A stretch of 64,000 nucleotides of DNA from Harriotta raleighana (taxonomy: Eukaryota). Where the stretch lies: contig JBNZDD010013678.1 in NCBI GenBank assembly GCA_050575255.1, positions 4,622,753-4,686,752 of the forward strand. Reading direction: 5' to 3'. Of this stretch, positions 39,231-52,300 are shown one piece after another (within the stretch, counting starts at the first letter, position 1; each line of letters starts with the position of its first letter). A program made the position numbers and the translations under genes. Below the pieces are notes generated by a model. The model was not told the DNA's origin. It ran no database searches and saw only the letters and a program-made list of their open reading frames with translations.

Positions 39231-42200
39231 NTATTCAGCTAACAAACGCCAACTTCTAAGGGTGTGGAGCTCTCTGCCAGTTCTTAAACGTCCCCCCGAC
39301 GTGAAAGACGCTGTATGAATTTAATTTTGTTGTTGTTGTTAAACGGAGTCCGATGTTCTGCTGCCAAGTAGGCAACTTAACAAAGACTAGCGAAGAACAA
39401 AGAATGACAATTTTTTTTAGTGTTACTGCAAACACTGAATTGAATGTATGATAGTCCCCCATCTCCACATCCCCTACACCTCTTGTATGAGTCTAACCTT
39501 CCAGCACTAGCACTCGCCCCAAAGATAAAATATGTTAACCCAATCCAATCTTTGAAGGCTGAAAAAAAAGCCTCACAAAGCTAGATCGTGATTGCAGCAA
39601 AGAAATCCAGAAATGCAGACCTTTAACAAACAATTTTGCTGCACAGGTGTCGGTACCAACATCATTGATGGCCTGGCAGCTGTAACTGCCCGCATCAGAC
39701 ACTTTGGCTGAGAAAAGCTCCAGGAAATGTGTTGAGCTTTCATTCCAAATGGAACATGACCCACCAGACGTCAATTCCCTGTCATCCTTGAACCACTTTG
39801 TGGAGAGCGGGGAATGTCCTTTTACAACGCTCCTAAACTGCACCGAGGAGCCAAGCACAACCTCTTGGGACATTATTTTGACCGTAAAACTCGGTGGCTC
39901 TAAAATTCGTGCGAAAAGAAGACATTCAATGAGATTAGCTCCGGATTCCAAACTCTTAAGAGATTGCAAGTAAAAGAATGCAGTGTTCGGAACTATGTCC
40001 TTTTTGATACATGAGTTGATGACAAACTAAAGAGAGCGTAATGTAATATATTCATTCACTGTGCTTATACGCACACACACCAAGTAAATGCAGAACATTG
40101 TTAGAAAAAAAGTGTATTTGCGATTCGCTTTAAGATTAAGTAACTGTATTAAAACGTAGGCTTTCAAACCTTTTACGGTTAAGGTGCCACTGCATTCATC
40201 CCTTCCTGCTGAATTTGTTGCTCTGCAGACATAAATCCCACCATCTGAAAAATCTAACTCAATGACGTCTAAAGTCAGTTCGTTGTCTTGAAATGACATC
40301 TTGTATTTGTTACTGTCTGTTATTTCTCTGTTATCTTTGTACCAAGAAACAGCCATGGGAATAGAACCAGACACTTTGCATTCCATGTGCATACAAGATC
40401 CTAAAACACTGTCCATTTCTTTCAATTTCCTTGTAAACAGTGGAGGAATTATTTGATCTGTCCAAGAAACGCACAAAAAAGAGCGTAAATCATCAAAAAG
40501 GGAAGCATTGTGAACGTTATGCCGAATTCTGTGTGTTTCTTAAAAAATATATATATATATATATAAAACAATGAAACCCTTTTAAAATGCAATTGAATCA
40601 CAAACCTAATACGGTCAAAGGGATACTGCAGCCACTTGTTCCAAATTCATTCTGGACCTCAAATGTATAGTCCCCAGTGTCATCCATTTTAACAGACAAG
40701 GTTTTTAGCCTGGCCACATTATTGGCAAAACTCGTTTTATATTTTGAATTTGATGCCAGCCTTTTCCCACTTTTGAACCAGGTAACTTTGAGTTCTGGTG
40801 TCCCAGCCACAGTGCATTCCAGTATGGCCGGATCTCCCATGGTCACTGTGAGTGACTCAGTTTTCTCTATGATTTTCGCAGGCTCTGAGGGAAAGAAAAT
40901 CAGACCGTTCACATCGGAACAACATGTTGGCCCGTGATTGAGACTTTCACGGAATAAGTTCCACGTGGAAACGGCAACTATTCCGAGACAGAGATCCTCA
41001 ATCAATTGTGAAAAAAAAATCGACACGATTTCAATAGTAATCATGCTGATTAATTCCTACTGACCCATGACTCTCAAAGTAGCAAAACATTGAGTTGCTC
41101 CTGCATCATTCTTTGCCTGACAAATGTATTTTCCACTGTGATTGTCTTCAACGTTAGTTATCTCCAATGTGGCAACATTATTCTCAAAGGACATTTTAAA
41201 CGTCTCGTCTTCCTTGATACAAGTGTCAGCTTTTATCCAGCTGATAGATATGGGAGTTGATCCTTTAACGAGACTTTGGAAAACTGCAGAATTTCCAGAA
41301 AATGTTGTTGCATTTTCTATTGTCTCAATGAAGGACGGTCGCTCTGGTTTGAAGTGAGCAGAATAACATTGTGTTATTTTACAGGAGCACAGGCGAAAAC
41401 ACTCAATATAGTTGATGGAAATGATGTCACCTCAGAGCACAAAGCAACTGACCTTTCAAACTGACTCCAGCACTACAGGCACAGCTGCCCACATCGTTCT
41501 TTACGCTACATTGGTATTCACCAACATCCGAAATATCAGACTTTAGTATGCAAAGGCTGGCTAGCGACCTCTCAGAGACCATCTTGTATTTTTTACTAGG
41601 GCGAATCTGTTTCTTGTTCTTATACCACATCACTCCAAAGGGACCTGTGCCAGTCACCTCACATTCAAGAAGGACATCACTCGCTTTCACTACCTCAACA
41701 GATTCAAGCTTCTTTGTAAATGAGGGAGGTTCTACAAAAGCAAAATATCAACGTGACAAATTGACACATCACAAGACACCACACATTTTTTTAAAGAAAA
41801 AAACAATGATTAATTATTCAGCTACGAAAACAATATTTCAGCGGCTTGTGGCTGATCATGGGAGTCAAGTCAGATTCCCTCTGTCACTAAATGCACAGAG
41901 TTATGTTGCTGAGATTGGTTTGCATTCAATGACAATTTTCAAAGGCACTAACATGCCTCAAAAATCAATTTGGGGCCAGGAATAGTTGATTCTAAACGGT
42001 AAGATTTGGGAACAAAATATTTTTTTAAATTGTGACATTGTCACATATTATTCTGAGTCACGGCGAATAATTTGTGAGGATAATTAATTAGTACAGACTA
42101 ATCACTTACAAATCTTATTGTAAGATTTACCAAATGAAATAATTTAGTAAAATCAAAGTTAAATCATCTTATATTAGCCCCCCCCCCCTCCCAATCCATA

Positions 42201-43322
42201 ATCACAAATAAAGCATTTGTCTTTTCAAAAGATCCCATGATGTCCAGGAGGAAACGTGAAACAAGGAATGTTTTACAAACCTTGAACTGTAACTTCAATG
42301 CTGCAAGATTCACTACCAGCTTCGTTCTGTGCTCCGCAAGAATATTTCCCGCTGTCAGCCAGACAGACATCAGTCATTTCAAAGATTGCCACAGAATCAA
42401 CAAATGATATTCTGTGTTTTCCATTGGCAATAATTGCACAGTTATTTCTGCACCAAGTAACAGTGATTTCAGGTGTACCCGTTAATTTGCACTCAAAGCG
42501 TGATGTCTCTCCTTGTTTTAACACTGTCGTTGGGTCTAACTTCTTAATAAAATACGGTGGTTCTGGAGAACAAAACATTTCGTCAGCTTCTTGCAAAGGC
42601 AAAAGACTGAATCAAAGCGAGATTGCACACCGGGGGCATTGGGAACGACGAAGACGCAAACAGAACAGATACAAACAGAACAGACATTCCAAGTAAGGAA
42701 CATGTAACGCGACATGGAGGAAAATAACATTTCCGAACAGCACTGTGATGTTTTGAGGATTGATAAAGAGACGGGACGGATTTTGAGAGTGACTGTTAAG
42801 AGTAAAAGAGTCCAACTGAAATGCACACCTTTGACAAACAGCCTTGTGGTACAAGTTTCACTGCCAACGCTGTTGCTGGCTTCGCAAGTATAGTCGCCGC
42901 AATCAGAAACTTTGGCTGAAAACAGCTCTAGCAAACTTGACGAGCCTTCATTTAAAATGAAGCATTCAGCTCCAGACATCAATTCCCTGCCATCCTTCAG
43001 CCACTTGATAGACAGGGGAGAAGATCCTTTGGCAAGGCTTTTAAACTGCACTGCTGAGCCAGGAATGACCTCCTGGGAATCAGGTCTTTCTATAAAACTT
43101 GGTGGTTCTAAAAATATATTGGGGAGGGAGGGAGGGAGGGGGTGGAAGAAAATGTTCAATAGAATTAGATTCCTTCCTGTTCCGAACCTTTTTTGTTGGT
43201 AAAATATCTGTCAACAATCATTTGCAAAGCGAGAATTGCAATTTACTGCAAAAGACATAAGAAATTGCAAATTCAACAAGAGAAGTCTCAACGACTTGAT
43301 AAGGAGCCATATCAAATGCAAA

Positions 43323-43356
<34 letters not shown>

Positions 43357-46300
43357 GTTTCAAATCAATGCGAGGAAAACAATGAAAATGGGAACAAATC
43401 TCTGATGAGAATGAGCTTAATTCGTGAAGATGATGGGTAGATTTGCCAAAGCTGTGAAATGCACTGAAATATAGTAAGTGAATCTCTCAAACCTTTTACA
43501 GTAAAGACATTGCTGCATTTGTCACTTCCCACTGAATTGGTTGCCTTACAAGCGTAAATCCCACCATCTGCAATCTCTAGTTCTGCAATCTCCAAAGCCG
43601 ATGTGTTGTGTTGGCTGGACAGTTTGCATCTTTCATTATCTGAGATTATTCTGTCATCTTTATACCATGAGAAACTGATTGGAAGAGACCCAGAGACTTT
43701 GCATTCCATGAGTATAACAGATCCTAAAACACTGTCCATTTTCCTTAATGTTCTGGTAAATACTGGAGGAACTGCTTGATCTGTCCAAGACAAAGTGACA
43801 AAGCACAACCAGTCAACCTTAACAACAAAATGGTGGGAGGGGCGGAAGTATTTCCCGGAACTTTACGCTTCAACGCTTTAGCTTTGATAGGAATTTTGTA
43901 ACTAGTAAGGAAAAAAAATCCCTGATCATAAGCAACTCTCGTGAAGCCCCCTGATACTGCAGTAGAAAAGTTATGAAACCAGTCCAAATTGGAGCTCATC
44001 TTTTAATTAAAATATCTCTCCCAGTATGATTGAAATCGACAGCTTAAGCAGCTCGGAATCGTTTCCTAAAATTCCACACAACGATTATGGGGGTAATAAT
44101 TCCTTCAAAATGTAAATTAAAAGTAAAAATAATGATGATTTGGGTACTCCATCTAGGACTGTTTTGGGGGGATGCTGCTGTGCACTTCCACCCACTATTA
44201 CGCAGCCAATCCACTTTACAATGTACTCTGTGAAGCTAAGTGATGTGATAAGGCGCTTTGATCAAATGCAATGACTAAATGACTATCGGCGTGAAGGTTG
44301 ATCGATCTTCTGTGATAACCTAATCATCAATGGGCTCAGGTACAGCCGCCGCCATCAGGGTTTTTTTTTGTTTCTCCTTCCATTTGCCACTTGCTGTCCT
44401 GCCCGAGAAAACTCCCACCAACTCCAGGCCTGTCAACGCGTGCTTTGCTCGTGCCATCGTCCCCCCACGCAAAGAAAATCACCAACCTAGGACTGTCAAC
44501 GACGCTTTGCATCTGCACGACGCAAAGTGATTCTTCACCTCGAACGTATAATCCCCACTATCCTCCTTACAAACGGATGGGAACGTTAGCCTGAACACGT
44601 TATCCTGGAAGCTGATGGTGCACTTCTTACTGGACACCATCTCCTTCCCATCCTTAAGGCATTTGACTGTTAATTCTGGTGTCCCGCTGACGGTGCATTC
44701 CAGATTGGCTGGATCGCCCACAGTAACGCTAAGCGAGTGGGCTTGCTCTGTCACTTTTGCTGGCTCTGTGAGGAGGAAACACACTCTCTTCAGGAAGGGA
44801 ACATCACGGCATTGGACAAGGACGTTGTTTTTCTTCTCTTTTTTTTTGATTTTGTTTAAAAAAAAAGCTTTGGGTCAATAAAGAAATCCCCATTTAATAG
44901 GCGGTAAAAAGCTAATCCCAACTCTCAAGTCCACTGACCTGCTACTAATAATGTGGCAGAACATTTCTCAGTTCCAGCATCGTTCGTGGCCTGACATATA
45001 TATTTCCCTGCATGTTTCTCTCCCGTGGTGTTTATTTGCAGAGAGGCAATATTGTTCTCAAAAGACAGGGTTACATCGCCGTCCTCCTTCACATCGCCTC
45101 TATCTTTTATCCAAGTTACGCAGAGAGGTTTGGAGCCTGTGACCAGGCATTGAAACACGGCGGGCTTCCCAGCGAACACTGTCATGTTCTCGAACTTCTT
45201 TGGAAATCCTGGGGGCTCTGGTTGAAAATGAACAGTCATGCGTTCAGGGTTGTGTGAAAAGATTTCACGCCCGCGACACCGAAAGGTCTCCTTAAGCGGA
45301 TTGGGAAACAGTTGGGGGGGGGGGCGGAATATATACTTTGACACTCTGCAGTTAGCTGCAATGCTTCAGCCACAAATAAAACACCCCCAGACAATCCATC
45401 TCCTTTGCAATATATTCTGTGAGCGCTTTGGGATGTCTTCACGACGTGATGAAGCGCGAAATATCAAATGGAAGGATTATTATTATTATTAATATCATCA
45501 TCATAACACAACTGACCTTTCAAACTGACTCCAGCACTGCAGGAACAACTGCCCACATCATTCTTTACTGTACATTTGTATTCACCAACATCTGAGAAGT
45601 CAGATTTTACAATGCAAAGGCTGGCTGATGAATCATCAGAAGTCATCAGGTATTTTTTACTAGGTCGAATGTGCTTACTGTCCTTATACCATGCAACTTC
45701 AAAGGGACCTGTGCCAGTCACCTCACATTCAAGAGGTACATCGTTTGTTTTCACTACCTCTACAGAGTCCAGCTTCTTGGTAAACATGGGCGGTTCTGAG
45801 GAGCAAAGACAGTGATTTACCAGAAAGCTCCAGAAACGCGGCCAGTGAAACGCTCAATGCTGGTGTTTGTGTTTACAAACCTTTAACTTGCAGCACAAAG
45901 TTGCAACCGTTGCTGCCAGCGTCGTTCTGGGCTTCACAGGAATAATCCCCACTGTCTTCCAGGCTTATCCCAGAGATTTCCAGCAGCGCCAATGAGTTTG
46001 CAAATGACATCCTGTGTTTCTCACTGGCTCTAATTTCACTGTTATTTAGATACCAAGTCACTGTGATGTCCGGGGTACCGGCTATTTTGCACTCAAAACG
46101 TCCAAACTCTCCCGTTTTTAACACCGCTGCGGGAGCCGGCTTCTGAGCAAAAGTCGGAGGTTCTGGAGGAATGAAATGCAATTAACCGGAGCCCCGAACT
46201 TACAGGTGGAATTGCAATCCACTCTCTTCAATATTCAGGTACCCGCATTGCGGGCAAAGAACATAAGCGACAGACAAACGACAAGACAGACAGACTGAAA

Positions 46301-49300
46301 CACCCACTTCAGACGGATACTTACCTTCCAACGCAACTAAGTGGTAAAGAGAGTTACACGAATCTCAGTCGCGAACTGATAAAAGAGTTCCAAACATGCG
46401 CACCTTTTATGAGCAGTTCTGCGTGGCAGGTGTCTGCACCCACGTCATTGCTGACTCTGCAGGTGTAAACACCAGCATCAGTCACTTTAGTTGAGATCAG
46501 TTCCATGAAGTGTGTTGATCCTTCATTCCACAGGGAACATGCCGCAGCAGACTTCAGTTCCCGGCTCCCTCTGAACCATTTCACAGCCAGTGGAAGAGTT
46601 CCTTTCACAACGCTCTTAAAATGCACGGTGGATCCAAGGATGCTACCTTGGGATACTATTTTTTCTACAAAGCTGGGTGGCTCTAATTCATTTCAGAGGA
46701 GGAGAGGAAAAAAAAAGAGTGAAATTAGCCGCAAGGAGAGAGAAAAAAAAGCTAGCGTTTGAAACGAAAACTCAATGTGCAATTCCAGCATCTTAAACCT
46801 TGAGCCAAATTTATCTAGCAAAAAATTTTTTAATGCAAAAGTAAAATATGGAAATGGAAACGGTATAGTTGCAGTTGCCAACAAAAAAAAACCAAGCAGA
46901 GGATTTTATCATTGGAAAATTAGCTTTCGGTGAGTGTTAAAGAAGAAGTGGAATGGGGGTGGTGGTAAATGTGGTCTTCAAACCTTTAACGGATAAGGAT
47001 CCACTGCATTCACAACTTCCAGCTTCATTTGTTGCTTTGCAATAGTAATTTCCATCATCCGCGATTTCAAGTTGAGCGATCTCCAACACTGATGTGTTGT
47101 CTTCAAATGATATTGTGTATTTGTCATTTGCCATTATCTCTTTGTTATCTTTGTACCAAGAAATGCGGATTGGATGAGAACCAGACACTTTGCATTCCAT
47201 GTGCATCAAAGCCCCTAATATGTCATCCATTTTCTTTAACTTTCTTGTAAATGATGGAGCAATCATTCGATCTGTCCAACACAGAGCAATAAAACAAAGG
47301 CCGTCAGCTGAAAGCAGCATATTTTTGCAATAGTTTGCAACGTTTTTCTTAAAGTACTTGTAATGTCCCATTAGCATTTCAAAGCATGAGCGTGGTGAAT
47401 GCGGACATGAAGAACTAAGGATATAATTATGGTTGTAGCTGATATCCTCAATGCCTATAGGCCAATCGACACTCAATCTGAATATTGATATTTTCTACTA
47501 CAAAAGGCTATAAGATAACAACAATATTCAGATATGATGCCAGAGCATTAGAGCATTTACAAGCCTTCATTAATTAAATTAGACTGGAAATGATTTATCT
47601 TGAAATGCATGTTTGATATGAGCAAAGCTTTCAATGCACAAATTCACCAACCTAGCACAGTCAAAGACGTTTTATAGCTCTCTTGTCCAAACTCATTCTT
47701 GACCTCGAAAGTGTACTCTCCACTGTCATCCTGATCAACAGACAGAACCTTCAGGCTGGCCACCTTATTCACAAAGCTTATTTTATATTTCCTGCTGGAT
47801 GTCACCTCCTCTCCATTCTTGAACCATTTTACTTTGAGTTCGGGTGTGCCAGCTACAACACATTCCAAACTTGCTGTGGTTCCTGAAGTAACATTTAGTG
47901 GTTCTGTTTTCTCTAGGATTTGTGCGGGTTCTGTGAGAAAAATCACACTACCTCATTAGAAGAAATAAGAACGAATGATTTGCATCTTTAAAGCCCAAAC
48001 CTCCTTAAACCCCATCACACCCTTCCTTGCTCCACTGGCTCACATTCACAAAACGGATCGATTTTAAGATTCTCTCACTCATTTTTGAATACCTTTTATG
48101 CTCTCGCACCTGCCTACCTATCCGATCAGCTCATCCCCAACTCCACCATCCTCTCTGCTCAGCTGGCTCCAGCCTCCTGTTTGTCCCTATTCCCTTCCGC
48201 TCTACCATCGGAGGCAGTGCCTTCAGCCACTACGCCCCAAAACTCTGGAACTCTCCCTCTTAATCCCTCTTCCTTTCTCCCTCACTTTCTACTTCTAAAT
48301 CCCATCTGAAGACCTTTCTTTTTGATCGTGCTTCCAATCACCTCCCGCCTTCCTCTGTGACACTGTCATAAGTGCTACATAAATGAAAGTCATTGTTGTT
48401 GTTCAATGAGTAACTGTAGTTAAATTAATTCAGTGACAAAGAATGATCCATCAACCTCTATATTTAGCCTCTCATACTAACCTGTAACTAACAAGGTAGC
48501 AAAACACTTCTCAATGCCTGCATCATTGCTGGCCTGGCATGTGTACTTTCCACTGTGACTGTGTTCAACAGCAGCGATTTGAAGTACAGCGATATTGTTC
48601 TCAAAAGAAATTTTAATGTTATCATCTTCTCGGATTTCATCCTTGTCTTTCATCCAGGTAACACTCAGAGGAGGCGAGCCTCTTACGCAGCCTTCAAAAG
48701 TGGTTGAATTTCCTGATAATGCCTTCACATTCTCAATCTTCTGCACAAATGAGGGGGGTTCTGATTTTGAAGTTAAAAAGTTATACAAATTCAAATGTTA
48801 GTGCACTGGATATTCTTTCGCAACATGAATCAAGCGAACACTAACAAAAATACTGCAAAATTGCAAACATCCCAAAAAAAGCGAATGGTCTGCAAACATC
48901 TGCTGAACTGACCTTTCAATCGAACTCCAGCAGAGCANAAATACTGCAAAATTGCAAACATCCAAAAAAAAGCGAAAAAAAGTCTGCAAACATCTGCTGA
49001 ACTGACCTTTCAATCGAACTCCAGCAGAGCAAGTGCAACTTCCCACATCACTTGCTACTTTGCACTTGTATTCACCCACGTCTGAGCTATCGATCTTTTG
49101 AATGTAAAGACTGACTAAGGAGCGTCTATCGAACATCTGGAATTTTTTACTAGGTCGGATTTGCTTATTGTCCTTAAACCAAGTGATGTCAAAAGGGATT
49201 GTGCCAGCCACTTCACACTCAAGACTCAGATCAGTGGCTTTTACCACATCGACTGCAACAAGCTCCTTTCTAAAAGAAGGAGGTTCTAAAAGAAAAAGAA

Positions 49301-52300
49301 CACACAACAAAAGGTTTCGGATATCAACCAAACTGAAAGATTTCTGAAGAAAATGACTTGCAAATACTTGTACCACATTGTTCGCAATAAGACACGAACC
49401 TTTAACTGTAACTGTGACAGTGCATCTGTCAGTGCCGGCTTCATTCTGCGCTTCGCAAATGTATTGACCACTGTCCTCCACACTGGCATTGACAAGCTCA
49501 AGCAAAGACACCGAATCAACATAGGATGTTCTGAACTGGTTAGTTGGTTGAATTTCAGTTTCATACTTGTACCAGGTAACTTTGATATCAGGCGTGCCTG
49601 TTACAGTGCATTCAAAAGATGCTGAATCTCCCCTTTTCAGCAATGCTGTGGGATCTGGTTTCAGAACGAAGGTTGGTGGTTCTACAAAGGCAAAAGTGTA
49701 TCGAAATTATTCCCAAGGAAAGCAATTGAGGTGTTCAAATACCTCATCTCAATACCTGAAAGCATGTTCAGATGAGATATTTGAGCAGTGATGGATGAGA
49801 CATGAAAAATAGGTTGTATGCTAAATAAAACAGAGTGTTGAGAAGCACAACAAAACCAAGCCATCATAATTGTTGCACTAAAAAAACAAATGTCAATCTA
49901 ATTTCTATTTTAAACTTGTCTATACTCAAAAGCCTCCTAATTTCCTGAACTGAACTCATATGTTGCACAAAGTCAAAAGCACATAGATGTCAAATGATCA
50001 GTAGCCATTGAATAGAATACATCCGGTACCTTGCAACATCAAGAAAGGCATTTTGATGGACTTTACATATCATTTGACAATATCAACAGGAAAATTACTT
50101 GCATCCTCTCCCCCCCCCCCCCCCCCCCCCCCCCNAGTACATCCGGTACCTTGCAATATCAAGAAAGGCATTTTGATGGACTTTACATATCATTTGACAA
50201 TATCATCAGGAAAATTACTTGCACCCTCTCCCCCCACCCCCACCAAAAATTTGTAAAAAATGATTTGACATGCTACAGTTGTATTTAAATCATTTGGAAT
50301 CCTTGATTTGTGCAACTAACATGATACTAACATATATGATTATATTTTATAATATACATAGACGTACAAATAAGTACTTACCTGAACATAAACCTCCTTA
50401 TGACTTCAGATGACACAACTCACCCACCCTTTGGGCTCATGAGTCACATAGTCTAATGTAANATGCTACAATTGTATTTAAATCATTTGGAATCCTTGAT
50501 TTGTGCAACTAACATGATACTAACATATATGATTATATTTTATAATATACATAGACGTACAAATAAGTACTTACCTGAACATAAACCTCCTTATGACTTC
50601 AGATGACACAACTCACCCACCCTTTGGGCTCATGAGTCACATAGTCTAATGTAGCAAATTTTCTTTCAAAAATATTATTTGACAATTTCCTACATAATCT
50701 CTTTATAAGTTTAAACCAAATCATTTCAAAATGTACCTCGTCAAATTATGCCAAAAAAACTTACAACATCTTAAAATTGCAAGTTTCCATTTTCTCTGAG
50801 AACAACAACGAATATTAAATAGCATCAATATGAAAACCAANACAAATTTTCTTTCGAAAATATTATTTGACAATTTCCTACATTATCTCTTTATAAGTTT
50901 AAACCAAATCATTTCAAAATGAACCTCGTCAAATTATGCCCCAAAAAACTTACAACATCTTAAAATTGCAAGTTTCCATTTTCTCTGAGAACAACAACAA
51001 ATATTAAATAGCATCAATATGAAAGCCAAGATTGTTCAGTTTGTGTGACAAGCAAAATCAATCAAACAAAGCCAGATCACAAAACAAGTAAACGCAGACT
51101 GGAATAGAAGGATAAGAAAGAGAAGAAGTTACAATGATTTTCGCAATAGAATTCAAAGAAAATTTACAGTGTTCGGTGGAAACACTAAGAGAAAAGTCAC
51201 ACCTTTCACAAAGAGTTTTGCGCCGCATGTCACTGTTCCAACTTCATTGCTGACTTGACATGTGTAGTCACCCGTGTCTGATACGCTGGCCGAAAAGAGC
51301 TGGAGCAAACTTGTTGACCCTTCCTTTGAAATGTAACACGATGGACTAGATATCAACTCCTTGTCGTCCTTGAACCATTTTGTAGTCATTGGAGGTGTTC
51401 CACTTACAACGCTCCTAAACTGCACTTTAGTGCCAGGCACTATGTCTTGGGACAGCGGCTTCATAGTGAAGTATGGAGGCTCTAAACATTTCCGGAGGAA
51501 AATTGCAAAAATGGCAATTAACATAAAGGTAAAATGAAGACAATGCTTTACTTTTAAAAGGTTGATCAAATGAAGGATGAAGCATGTCCCTAAAGCATTC
51601 CAACCATGTTTGGTTACCTAAGATGGAATGATAAGTTATGGTCGCGGTGATCAAACGGGTGTTAGCTAAGTTAAGAACTCTAGGAGGCACTTTGACAAGA
51701 CTGAATCAGAACAAGATCAAAATTCAAACCTTTTATAGTTAAGGCGCCACTGCACTGGTCACTCCCAGCTGCATTTGTTGCAGTGCAAGTGTACTTTCCA
51801 GCATCGTTCATCTCTAGTTGGTGAATTTCCAACTGTGCCATATTATCGTGAAATGAGATTTTATATTTTTCATCGGCTGTTATCTCTTTGTCGTCTTTGT
51901 ACCACAGCAAATTCATGGGAACCGATCCAGAGATCTTGCATTCCATCTTAACGAAAGAAGCTTTCAAGCCATCCATCGGCTTTAGTTTCCGCTTGAATGA
52001 TGGAGGGACTGTGCGATCTGCCCAACACATGGTAAAAATGCAACCGTTGTCATGTCTTCGAAGGAAAGATTACTGAACAAAATTGTTCTTTTGAAAGAGG
52101 CATCTGAGCAGCGCAATAAAGAAAACACTGATACCAACCTAATACTGTTACAGAAGCTTGGCAGCTACTACTGCCAACATCATTCTTCACCTCACAAGTA
52201 TATTCAGCGCCGTCTGCTTTCTCTGTGGCTAGAATCTTTAAACTAGTTACTTTATGAGTGCTACTAATTTTATATTTTCTACCAGACATCAACTCTGTGC

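Noticed and set aside
39168-39231. Long poly-C run (poly-G on the sense strand, poly-Pro ORF); also 50110-50134
   Set aside because: The runs end at an N, so their length is unreliable and probably a sequencing artefact. No G-quadruplex or coding claim is made.
48846-49030. Duplicated donor and 3' end of Ig exon 3b (possible alternative donor)
   Set aside because: The duplication is centred on the N at 48938.
50015-51030. Three consecutive 120-200 bp direct repeats
   Set aside because: Each pair straddles an N (50135, 50462, 50841); these are contig-junction artefacts.
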